Positions 20,919 to 29,839 are shown, counted from the first letter of the stretch. The stretch is 64,000 nucleotides of DNA from Fibrobacteria bacterium (GCA_043745805.1 JAYTSD010000004.1:94543-158542); one strand, 5' to 3'. Program-made: numbers and translations. The notes: a model not told the origin generated them from the sequence alone.

Positions 20919-21745
20919 GATTTGCCACCCGTTTCGAGCAATTTTCGTTCTGCTATCCGCTCGCGCACCTCAATGAGTGCGTTGTGCAGTTTTTGTTCAA
21001 GCAATTCTTTAGGTGGAAGATTTGTCCAATATTCGGCAACCATTATGTTGTCTTTTTGCATATTGAGCAGTTCCACAAATGCAAAGGAATTTCCCAATTC
21101 CAGGATGAAAAGCTCCAATTCTTTTAGAATTGCATTTTCTAATTCATTTTCAAGGTAGCCTTCTTTCAGACCCAGAAAATCGAGAAAATAAGGATCTTTA
21201 AAATTTCCAGTAAGGTGATTCGCATTCGCTAAGGTTAGTTTTGTATCCGCAATTTCGGTTCGTTCAAATGCTTTACGTTCTATTTGATCCTTTAAAACCC
21301 GCTTGCTCCAGTGTAATTCACTCGCCATGCGGGCATAAAAAAAACGAGCTTCAGGAGGTTTTAAAGGAATTAGCAATAAAAAATGCGACTAGGTTAATTG
21401 TCGTGCCAGTGGAACGACAATCTCGAAATCAGAAAAAACCTCCGCAAACTGCATCATTCGACGAAGATTTTTCGCCTCAAAGCTTTTGCCATAAAGCAAG
21501 ATTAGCTCCTGCGCCAGAGACTCCACAACCTGTTTGCCGTATTCGGCCCGCTCACCCTGTAAAATAGATTCGTTGATCCGTTTACCCACATGCCAATAGG
21601 TTGTTGTAAGAGCATTGTTGACCGCTACAATCGCCTGACGACGACCTTGATCAATAAGCACCTTTAAATCGTGCACCAAATCACCATTGACTATTACAAA
21701 GTTTTGCGCGCTTATTGCAGAGTCAGCTTTTATTTCGTCATTCAT
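20915..21745 (-). pseudogene. DUF1016/YhcG-like (PDDEXK nuclease-family) gene interrupted by one in-frame TAG (21389-21391) at a conserved Trp position
   Basis: ORFs 21389-21745 and 20915-21376 are in the same frame. The junction reads ARQLT*SHFLLL where family members have LTWSH. Otherwise full length. Confidence 0.7.
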
Positions 21746-21758
21746 AATTTAATCCTAA

Positions 21759-22357
21759 TTATCCATTAGTTTCCGGCTTAGGAAAGGTGAGCAGCATTTC
21801 ACGGTAGTAGTTGTATTGCTTTTTGCGGGCTATAAGCTCGGTGAAGGTGTCCAAAATGCGGACGATTTCGGATTGGATTTCGAGGGATTTTTTCGGGTTG
21901 TCGGGGCATGGAACAGGGACTCGGTACTTGTCAGTATCTGGAGTTGCAATCTGTGGCATTTGCATTTTGCTGCCGAGATTCTGAAAGTACGGTTCATTCA
22001 GTTTAAGAAAATGATATAAATACTTGATATGGATAAACTCATTTTGTGAATGATATGACCACATTTCATTCTTGTGCGAAAATGGTTTATCGTAATATTC
22101 AAACTCAATATTACCACGAGATTTAACGACGATAGAAGGCTCTCTATTTATATCCTTCTCTGGAATATCGTTAAAATCGAAAAAGGAAATTGTTTTGCCA
22201 CCTGCAAAAATTTTTAATGGGGCATCATCTTTGTGTAAGACCTTCATTTCACTAGCGGTAATTTTTGTGCCTTTAGTACGCACAAGCACCCCCCCAAGGC
22301 CTTCCACTCTACCGCCACACCTTCAAGCAGTGCTTTCATTGGATTCTGATTACTCAT
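21759..22357 (-). pseudogene. hsdS: Type I R-M specificity subunit HsdS, single-TRD form, frameshifted at a poly-C7 tract (22288-22294)
   Basis: Conserved HsdS start MSNQNPMKALLEGVAVEWKALG is in one frame. The downstream TRD ORF (MEGLGGVLVRTKG...) is in another frame across a C7 run. Confidence 0.6.
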
Positions 22358-23210
22358 GCTTGCCTCTATGCATTTTTTTAACCCCTAGGTCATCGGTAAG
22401 CAAACGCATTTGGTGTATGGCTGTACGGTTCAATAGCTTTATTCTTTCTGATTGTGGCAATCCCTGCTGTATTAAATGAGCATTCAGGTTTTCAAGGTTG
22501 GCAAGACACACCAGATGTGAGACATTTGCATAATCTCGAATGTTACCATTTTTACCATGGTTCTCATCACGCCATTGCTTTGCGGTTTTCCCGAACAGTG
22601 CCATATTCAGCAGATCAGCCTCTGAAGCATACACAAGATTCATTTGCTGATTGGTTAATTCCGCCGGGATCAGGTTTTCTTTGATGGCATCGGTGTGAAT
22701 TCGGTAATTGATTTTAGTGAGTTGGCGTTTGAAATCCCAACCAAGTTTTTTCTGCTCCTCTTCTTTGAGTCGCTGGAACTCTTTAATGAGATAAAATTTC
22801 AGTTCCGGAGAAATCCAGGTAGCAAATTCAAAAGCGATATCCTTATGAGCATAGGTACCGCCATAGCGTCCAGCCTTGGAAATAAGTCCTATCGCATTTG
22901 TTTTTTCAATCCATTGTTTTGCAGAGAGAACATAGCCATTACTGCCACTTTCATTTTTAATGTAACTGAATTCCGTTAGATTAAAATTCGGGTTGCTCAC
23001 GCGTTCCCAAATCCCCATAAATTCAATAGTGTAGCGGGTACTAAGCCAATGAGAAATAACAACACCGGTATGCTCAGCGTTCTTATGTTTGGCCAAATCC
23101 GTCAGCGAGATATAATCTTCAGCCCCCTGATTAAAAAAGGTCACATCACTGCCGATTATTTCAATTTTTTTGTTTTTATCCATTATAGAAGCTTCCTTAA
23201 CGGCTTCCAC
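22350..23210 (-). CDS. KilA-N domain protein (inserted within the hsdS region)
   Basis: About 280 aa, with an architecture typical of KilA-N proteins found in type I R-M loci. The likely true start is MDKNKK at 23183. The C-terminus ...GKHE* runs into the conserved hsdS 5' segment. Confidence 0.55.
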   Translation of the reverse strand: MEAVKEASIMDKNKKIEIIGSDVTFFNQGAEDYISLTDLAKHKNAEHTGVVISHWLSTRYTIEFMGIWERVSNPNFNLTEFSYIKNESGSNGYVLSAKQWIEKTNAIGLISKAGRYGGTYAHKDIAFEFATWISPELKFYLIKEFQRLKEEEQKKLGWDFKRQLTKINYRIHTDAIKENLIPAELTNQQMNLVYASEADLLNMALFGKTAKQWRDENHGKNGNIRDYANVSHLVCLANLENLNAHLIQQGLPQSERIKLLNRTAIHQMRLLTDDLGVKKMHRGKHE

Positions 23211-23260
23211 TCCACCGTCGCCCCATCAAGCAGTCTCTCCATTAAATTCTGATTACTCAT
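23183..23260 (-). pseudogene. Second, truncated copy of the hsdS conserved 5' segment ([25 protein letters not shown])
   Basis: About 67-bp similarity between 22300-22366 and 23204-23270, with the last 25 bp identical. Confidence 0.45.
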
Positions 23261-24002
23261 GCTTGCCTCCTAAATTCCCCTCTTGAGGGGTGGCAGGCTG
23301 CAAGACTGACGGGGTGGATGCATTAAGCATGTAAAAGACAGAAGAATCCACCCCGCCCTTCGGGCACCGCTCAAGAGGGGAATTTTTTTGGGAACTAAGT
23401 TCAGCAGAATTCTTAAGCGTACTCGCTACGGCGTTTATTTCATCTTCACGTATTTTAATAGCTGCAACAACTTTTTCTTTTACAGAAGAGATAAACTTCT
23501 TAACTTCCAAATCAGTGAAATGAATAACTTCTAATTGCAGGCCGCGCAAAATTGCTTCGCGTTGTGCGTCGTACTCCTGTTTAAAATCGTGACTACTCCC
23601 ATCTATTTCAAAGACCAGTCCCAATTCGGGAATAAAAAAATCGACGATGAAATTTCCAATAATGACTTGCCTGTCTATATCATAGCCCAAGGATTTTTTG
23701 TATTTGAACGCTTGCCAGAATAGTACTTCTGCCAGATTTCCAGCTTTTCGAAGCTCTCTGGATCTTTGAGTGAGTTTTTTATTTTTTGGGAGCGCTAAGT
23801 AGTTGAATATCCGCCTCTCAGGAGGGGAATTAAGAAAATGCGACTCTATGTATTTATTCCCCTCCATTGGAGGGGTGGCCGACAGGGCGGGGTGGTAGAA
23901 ATTGGTTTTAAATGTTTGGGTTATCGACCCAAGAATCTTTGGATATACCGTATAGAACTTCTGGATGGTTTCGACGAGGTGGTTAAAATTTAGGATGTTC
24001 AT
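23253..24002 (-). CDS. DUF559 (Vsr-like endonuclease fold) protein with probably non-native N- and C-terminal extensions
   Basis: Core [23 protein letters not shown]...EIDGSSHD...VIHFTDLEV matches DUF559. The ORF tail overlaps a GC-rich hairpin cluster. Confidence 0.55.
   Translation of the reverse strand: MNILNFNHLVETIQKFYTVYPKILGSITQTFKTNFYHPALSATPPMEGNKYIESHFLNSPPERRIFNYLALPKNKKLTQRSRELRKAGNLAEVLFWQAFKYKKSLGYDIDRQVIIGNFIVDFFIPELGLVFEIDGSSHDFKQEYDAQREAILRGLQLEVIHFTDLEVKKFISSVKEKVVAAIKIREDEINAVASTLKNSAELSSQKNSPLERCPKGGVDSSVFYMLNASTPSVLQPATPQEGNLGGKHE
23277..23393. repeat. Nested GC-rich inverted repeats (TCCCCTCTTGAGGGGTG ... CACCGCTCAAGAGGGGA, with inner GGGGTGGAT...ATCCACCCC). A related motif CCCCTCCATTGGAGGGGTGGC occurs at 23865-23885.
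   Basis: Read directly. These are GC-rich palindromic motifs on both sides of the DUF559 core in otherwise AT-rich DNA. Confidence 0.5.
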
Positions 24003-24408
24003 CCTTCACTGCCATTTTCAATCTCAGCAACAATGGCATCAATATCCGCGCGGAGTTTGTCAATTTTCTTCACTGTGATTTGTATCTCTGAATTAAGTTT
24101 TGTGATATTTATCAATTCGCGTGTGTCTTCGGCAACCACATAGGAGCTCACAGATAGATTGTATTCATTGGCTTCAATGGCATCAAAGTCAACCGATTTC
24201 GCCATATACTCAATATCGACTTTACGATCGAAGGCATCCATGATCTGAGCAATATGATCATCGGTGAGGGTGTTGTTATTTGTCTCTTTTTGAAGAGCGT
24301 GCCGAGTACATATTGCTTAAAATCCCATCCATCGATGGAGCCACGCACGTCGTTTGCAATTTTCCAAATTTGGGATTGTAATTCGGCTCGTTGTGCGGCA
24401 CTTGTCAT
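23999..24408 (-). pseudogene. hsdM: Type I R-M methyltransferase HsdM remnant: about 35-aa N-terminus, frameshift, then about 60-aa C-terminus, with >1 kb deleted internally
   Basis: [39 protein letters not shown] (HsdM N-terminus) and [10 protein letters not shown]...EIENG (HsdM C-terminus) lie in different frames only about 400 bp apart. Confidence 0.65.
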
Positions 24409-24597
24409 TTGTAAAACTCCAGTTTATATAAGAAAATAAATATAGCCTCGTTCCAAGTTGGTTTTCAGGTTTTTCTTTCCGGCGCGTGGATTTATTCTTT
24501 TTGTTAGGAGCGGTTTTTGAAATAAATTTTTTAATGTGGAGCATTGCATGCAACTATCGCTTGCATGAATCGTTTATCATTCATTCACAAAAAAAAT

Positions 24598-24660
24598 CTT
24601 CATACATTTTGATTACAAATAAATTATTTGCTTGCGTGTTACTCGGCACTTCGACAGGCT
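24598..24660. repeat. 63-bp direct repeat, copy B
   Basis: See copy A. Confidence 0.85.
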
Positions 24661-24722
24661 CAGTGACCGAGCAACACGTTCGGGCATAGTGTATACTTCG
24701 GTCACTGAGCCTGTCGAAGTGA
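24647..24722. repeat. Perfect 24-bp-arm inverted repeat (CACTTCGACAGGCTCAGTGACCGA / TCGGTCACTGAGCCTGTCGAAGTG) with a 28-nt spacer. The left arm overlaps direct-repeat copy B. A third partial arm lies at 24847-24880.
   Basis: Read directly. No ORF covers it. Confidence 0.7.
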
Positions 24723-25006
24723 CCAAGATGCAACCGAAATGTTTACGTTCGCAAATTTTCGAATATGTAAGGGCGCTGTGAACGAACCCCACATGCATAT
24801 CGAAAGGGTAGACGAGGATCACGCGAGTTAACACGGTATTTCGTATCTCGGTCACTGAGCCTTTGTCGAAGTGAACGAAACGTGAGTGTTAAATCGTGAA
24901 GCCGAGGCTAGGGGAAGACTTTCCCCTTTATCAAGTAGCCATACATAACCAAGAAGAAAATTTCCCTGCTAGCCAAAACTTCGCTTTTATAGCATAATAT
25001 CAACTT

Positions 25007-25822
25007 ATGGAAACACTAATCGAAGCCCCAATAAATGTCGTGATTTTTTTTGCCGGAATTTTTGGTTTAATGGTGGGTTCATTTTTTAATGTCGTAATAT
25101 GGCGTATGCCTCGTGAGGAAAGCGTGGTATTCCCTCCTTCGCATTGCACGCGTTGCGGCTACAAAATAAAGTTTTATGAAAATATTCCAGTACTCTCTTG
25201 GCTATGGCTAAAGGGCAAATGCAAAAGCTGCGGCGTCTCTATTGGATTCATTTATCCCTTGGTAGAAATATTTACGGGCATTTGTGCGGCGCTTTGTGCC
25301 TATTATTTTTTATATCACCCGACACTCTATCCCTTAGATTTCATGCTCGGCATGACTTTTTTGATTTTGGTGAGCATCCCTATTTTTGTTATCGACTTTA
25401 AACATTATCTCATCCCTGATGTTTTGGTTTTTCCTGGCATGTTGATTGGGTTAGGATTAAGTTTTTTACGGGGAGGACAAACTCCTTTGCAGTCATTATT
25501 AGGGTTAATCGGGGGTGGCGGATTTCTTTGGTTAATCGGATTTGTGTCGAGCAAAATTTTAAAAAAAGAAGCCATGGGTTTTGGCGATGTTAAACTTTTG
25601 GCCATGTGCGGAGCTCTCTTTGGGGTGAAAACTGCACTTTTAGGGCTGATGGCGGCATCTTTTTTAGGAACTTTTTTTGGGCTGCCTATGATGTGGTTGC
25701 GACGCTTAAATTCCGAACGGCAAATCCCCTTCGGGCCCTTTATATGCTTGGGTGTGATGCTTGCCGGTTTTTTTGCGGAACGATTTTTACTCTGGTATTT
25801 AGGCCTCGGATCGGGTGAATAA
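25007..25822 (+). CDS. pilD: Type IV prepilin peptidase (A24 family)
   Basis: N-terminal CxxC...CxxC zinc motif (CTRCGY...CKSCG) and an 8-TM profile. Confidence 0.8.
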   Translation: METLIEAPINVVIFFAGIFGLMVGSFFNVVIWRMPREESVVFPPSHCTRCGYKIKFYENIPVLSWLWLKGKCKSCGVSIGFIYPLVEIFTGICAALCAYYFLYHPTLYPLDFMLGMTFLILVSIPIFVIDFKHYLIPDVLVFPGMLIGLGLSFLRGGQTPLQSLLGLIGGGGFLWLIGFVSSKILKKEAMGFGDVKLLAMCGALFGVKTALLGLMAASFLGTFFGLPMMWLRRLNSERQIPFGPFICLGVMLAGFFAERFLLWYLGLGSGE

Positions 25823-25943
25823 AAGATCCTTTTTCAGGGTTTGGGTTTCAAAAACGGCAAAATTCCCCAATATTTATTATCTTTACCGAACATTTTTGAC
25901 ACTTATTTAACTTAGCACACCGAACCAGAAATGGGGAGTTGCG

Positions 25944-28691
25944 ATGGCCAATATTCTAAAACTGGATGAGAATTGGGACTTTTGTTTTGACCCCGTTGAT
26001 GCGGGTCTGATAGATCAATGGTACCGAAAAAAGCCTCTTTCCGTAAAAAAAGTAAAGATTCCCCATGTGTGGAATTTGGAAAACAATGAAGAAGACGCGC
26101 ATATTGCTTATTACTTCAAAGAGTTTGCCGTAGATAAAAAAGAAAGCCCTAAGCGCTTTTTTATTCGTTTTGAATCGGTGCATCATCATGCTACCGTATG
26201 GCTCAATGGCGAAGAAATCGGCATGCATATGGGCGGATCTAGCTCTTTTGAAGTCGATGGTTCGCGTTTTGTACGCATTGGCGAAAGCAATTTTTTAACT
26301 ATTCGCGTACAAACCCTTGATAGACAAGGCAAAATCGGTGAACTTACCGGCCCTGAAATCGCATTAGGTGGACCTCATGCACGCGGTGCCTTTGCTGGAT
26401 TAACCGGCGATGTGTATTTGATGATGGTGGGTAAAGCCGGCATTCGCTGCTTAAATGTATTTACGGATTATGAAGCCGATCGCATTTCTATCGAAGCTAA
26501 ATTTTGGAATCCAAAAGGCTTTCAAGCGGAATTAGAATATGAACTCACAAGCCCTTCCGGCGATGTGGGACTCATGACTAAAAGCATAAAATTCGAGCGT
26601 GAAAATGCAGAATTAAAATTGCAATTAGTCCTCGACAATGTACGCCTATGGACTCCTGACCAACCTTGGCTATACCAATTAAAAGTACGTCTATTAGGCT
26701 CCTATCCGGTTTCGCTACAATTCGGTATGCGCGGCACCGATGTGGAAAAGGGAACCTTCAAACTCAATCAAAAGAATTTGAAAATTAAAGGCGTAAGTTA
26801 CCCTTGGTTTTTCCCAGTGGGCCATGGCTTACCTGTTTTTCCTGTCGATATCAAAAAAGAAATTTTGTTATTAAAAGACGCAGGCATCAATTTGTTACGC
26901 TCAGGCGGAGCACCTTTGCCTAAGCCTGTGCTGGATATTTGTGATGAAGTGGGAATGATGGTTTTGCAAGAAACTACTTGTTACAATCAAAAATCCAGTC
27001 GCGATAGTTTAGAAGTTTTAAAAACGCAAATTCAAAACCTTATTGATTGCGATGGTAGTCATCCCAGTGTTTTTGGTTGGGTTATTGGATCCGAAAATGG
27101 ATCGATGGTTTTAGAAAACGGTAATAAGCTTTTGCGTTATGCTGCCGAACTCGATCCCACACGACCTATATTCTCTAATTTCTGCTCCGTAACTATGGAT
27201 AATATGGGCGGTGGAAAAATTGATTTAGGCAAAGCCTTTCAACCTTCGGCCCAAGCCATTAGCCCTTTTGAATCGCATCGCTTAAAAATTGGCTTTCCGG
27301 TTTCGGTACGAACCTTTTCCATGTTGGCTAGCTATTGCACCTCAAAAGATGGCAAAACCATTGCCGATGGTGTACATGGAAGCAAATCATTTTGGGAACG
27401 TTACAATTATCTCAAAGATGATTTAGATGGTAAAGTGATTGTCGATGGCTTAGGTGCTTGTATGCCCGAAAGCTTAACGGAAATTTTAGAAGGCGCGAAA
27501 GCGTATGCGCAACAATCTGATGTTAAAGATGTGCAACAATTACAAAATGAATTGACACAAGGCCTCAAAGAAAATGGCTTAGACATCTGGAAAGATGCCG
27601 AAAGCTTTTGGAAAGAAGCGGCTGCTTTAGGCCGTCAAGGCTTACTAAAACAAATCGACGCGCTCATGAGCAATACGCAAATTTCTGGCTATATGTTAGA
27701 CAGTACAGCGGATGCCGGTTTAAACTTTTCGGGACTTTTAAATTGGTTCCGTAAACCAAAACCTATTCTCGAAGCCTTGAAAAAAGTCAATGGTCCCATT
27801 CACATGATTGCCGAAGCCGAGGAACGTACACCTTATATTGGCACATCTGCGGCCATTAAAATTCATTTGATAAATGAAGACGACTTAGGCGAATATAATT
27901 TACAGCTGCGCGTCAAAGGCCCTAATGGTCGAGTTTTGCATCAAGAAAGCATGCCTGGTAAAGCTAAGGTAGGCGTTAATTCTTTGGGTCGTTTTAAATT
28001 TCCTGTGGGTTTTGAAAAAGGCAAATTCTCCTTTGATCTCACTTTATCCAAAAGCAATAAAGAAGTTTTACGCACTGAAGAAAACTTTTTTGTTCCTCCT
28101 GAAATAAAATTGGATGCGGTGCTTAAACAAGTGCAGCTCATAGGTAACTTTCCCGATACCTTAACCATTTCCACTTCCAATGATGCCTCAACCCTAGTGG
28201 TTATAGATATTGCGAATCTGGATAATGTTAAGCTCAAAGTGATGTTCGATAAAGTGCAGCAGGGAGCTACTTTAATTCTGGGCTGTCTCACGGATGAAGA
28301 TGCGCGTAAATTAAATGGTTTGAAATTCCTTCCGCAAGCCTTGAATTGCTTCCGCGCTTCTGGTGCGGTAAACGGCAGCTTTCATTTTGCAACCAATGCA
28401 CCTGAGTTTAAAGACTTGCCTTCGCAATGCTTGCTCGATCAAAACTATGCGGATATCATGCCTATGTGGAGCTTAGAACCTATTGCCAATACCAAGGTTG
28501 CGGCGGGTAGTGTAACCATGCTTCCTAGTGTGCACGACAAAGCTAAACTCAAATGGGGTGTGGATATTGCAACGTTACCTTTAGGTAAAGGAAAAGTGGT
28601 ATTTTATCAATTGGATATTTTTACCAAGCTCGGTAAAAATGCTTTGGCCGATGCCCTATTCTCCAACTTGATTAATGCCTTAAAAAAATAA
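25944..28691 (+). CDS. Large glycoside-hydrolase family 2-like protein (beta-galactosidase/mannosidase-type N-terminal sugar-binding domain)
   Basis: 915 aa. N-terminus LDENWDFCFDP...W.F...F pattern of GH2. The assignment is tentative. Confidence 0.45.
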   Translation: MANILKLDENWDFCFDPVDAGLIDQWYRKKPLSVKKVKIPHVWNLENNEEDAHIAYYFKEFAVDKKESPKRFFIRFESVHHHATVWLNGEEIGMHMGGSSSFEVDGSRFVRIGESNFLTIRVQTLDRQGKIGELTGPEIALGGPHARGAFAGLTGDVYLMMVGKAGIRCLNVFTDYEADRISIEAKFWNPKGFQAELEYELTSPSGDVGLMTKSIKFERENAELKLQLVLDNVRLWTPDQPWLYQLKVRLLGSYPVSLQFGMRGTDVEKGTFKLNQKNLKIKGVSYPWFFPVGHGLPVFPVDIKKEILLLKDAGINLLRSGGAPLPKPVLDICDEVGMMVLQETTCYNQKSSRDSLEVLKTQIQNLIDCDGSHPSVFGWVIGSENGSMVLENGNKLLRYAAELDPTRPIFSNFCSVTMDNMGGGKIDLGKAFQPSAQAISPFESHRLKIGFPVSVRTFSMLASYCTSKDGKTIADGVHGSKSFWERYNYLKDDLDGKVIVDGLGACMPESLTEILEGAKAYAQQSDVKDVQQLQNELTQGLKENGLDIWKDAESFWKEAAALGRQGLLKQIDALMSNTQISGYMLDSTADAGLNFSGLLNWFRKPKPILEALKKVNGPIHMIAEAEERTPYIGTSAAIKIHLINEDDLGEYNLQLRVKGPNGRVLHQESMPGKAKVGVNSLGRFKFPVGFEKGKFSFDLTLSKSNKEVLRTEENFFVPPEIKLDAVLKQVQLIGNFPDTLTISTSNDASTLVVIDIANLDNVKLKVMFDKVQQGATLILGCLTDEDARKLNGLKFLPQALNCFRASGAVNGSFHFATNAPEFKDLPSQCLLDQNYADIMPMWSLEPIANTKVAAGSVTMLPSVHDKAKLKWGVDIATLPLGKGKVVFYQLDIFTKLGKNALADALFSNLINALKK

Positions 28692-28710
28692 TTCCTTTAT
28701 TTTTTATTCA

Positions 28711-28757
28711 TAAAAAAATCCTCCGAGAATCTATAAAGTCTCGGAGGATTTTTTTTA
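28711..28757. terminator. Bidirectional rho-independent terminator between convergent genes
   Basis: A7 - ATCCTCCGAGA ... TCTCGGAGGAT - T8. Confidence 0.65.
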
Positions 28758-28777
28758 CGCAGATTTAAAAATTAAGC

Positions 28778-29839
28778 TTAATTTTCAGCTTTCTTCTTCG
28801 TCGCTGCTTTTACTTTTTCACCTTTTTTCTTGGTCGTATTTTTTTCAATAGATTTTTTGGCTGGCTCTTTTTCAGGCTTATCTTTCTTAGCGATATCTTT
28901 TGCAATGTCTTTGGGACCATCCTTACTAACTTCCTTATTCACCACTTTAAGCGTGTCCTTTACCATTTCTTTCTTAACGGCATCAAGGGGCTTAATCTCT
29001 AAGGGAAATTGCGGAATGGAATCGAGATGCGCTAAGCTATCTATTGCTTTGAGCGGTAAATTATCGCTGTTAATTTTTAAGGAATCTTTTTTAAGCAGGC
29101 TACTATCTATCTTAGGAGTAGTCACAATGTTATTATTTGCACGACTCCAACTTGGAATTAAACGATCCGATTCTGCCTTTTCAATTTTAGGATGCGAAAA
29201 GCGAATTTCAAACCAAGCATATATAAAACGTAACCACTCTTCTAACCAAGTTTTACGGCTATTCCTATCACTCCACCAAGCATTAGGTTCATACGACGAA
29301 AATTCAGCGCCATATAATTGAATAACAGGATTTCCATTTGCTAATTTTTTAAAAATCATAGCTGAGCGCGCCGAATGGAAATTAGAAGTAATCACTAAGA
29401 GGGTATCGATTTGCATCAGACGCGCTTGTCGCAAAATCAATGTGGCTTCTTCAAAAGTCGAGTATGCATCTTGATGAAATTCAAATAATTTATTTCGGGA
29501 ATATCCGGCTTTTATCATTTCCTCGCGAATATATTCGCTGCCATAATGCGTTTTGTAAATCGGAGTAGCGGATAATATTAATGAATCGATGCGCCCTTCG
29601 AGAAAAAGTTTAACCGAGGCTTCGGAACGTTCACAATTTCGCGACTCTCCCGCTAATACCACCGCCCAAGCACGATGTTCAAAAGCATCATTGTGAACTA
29701 AGGCATTACCACTTTTCCAAAGTAATATACCGATTAATAAGAATAGTAGTAGAAGAGTGATGAGGGCAATGATTAGCCGAAATCCCCAGCCACCAGAGCT
29801 TTTTTTAGCTTTCGGATTAGTGCGGGGACGTAACGGCAA
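28778..29839 (-). CDS. DUF218 (YdcF/SanA/ElyC-like) membrane-anchored protein with a Lys-rich C-terminal tail
   Basis: N-terminal TM and a DUF218-like core (VVLAGESRN...ITSNFHSARS). Confidence 0.5.
   Translation of the reverse strand: MPLRPRTNPKAKKSSGGWGFRLIIALITLLLLFLLIGILLWKSGNALVHNDAFEHRAWAVVLAGESRNCERSEASVKLFLEGRIDSLILSATPIYKTHYGSEYIREEMIKAGYSRNKLFEFHQDAYSTFEEATLILRQARLMQIDTLLVITSNFHSARSAMIFKKLANGNPVIQLYGAEFSSYEPNAWWSDRNSRKTWLEEWLRFIYAWFEIRFSHPKIEKAESDRLIPSWSRANNNIVTTPKIDSSLLKKDSLKINSDNLPLKAIDSLAHLDSIPQFPLEIKPLDAVKKEMVKDTLKVVNKEVSKDGPKDIAKDIAKKDKPEKEPAKKSIEKNTTKKKGEKVKAATKKKAEN

Noticed and set aside
19914-25006. Possibility of an integrase, transposase or IS element explaining the cassette and its direct repeats
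   Set aside because: No ORF in or beside the cassette resembles a tyrosine/serine recombinase or DDE transposase. Mobility is therefore only inferred from the repeats.
25198-25818. Small ORFs overlapping pilD (both strands)
   Set aside because: Embedded in the pilD reading frame region. No independent support.
28778-29839. Lys-rich C-terminal tail of the DUF218 protein as a separate histone-like gene (overlapping 28830-29321 plus-strand ORF)
   Set aside because: The tail is contiguous with the DUF218 frame. The plus-strand ORF is antisense and low-complexity.
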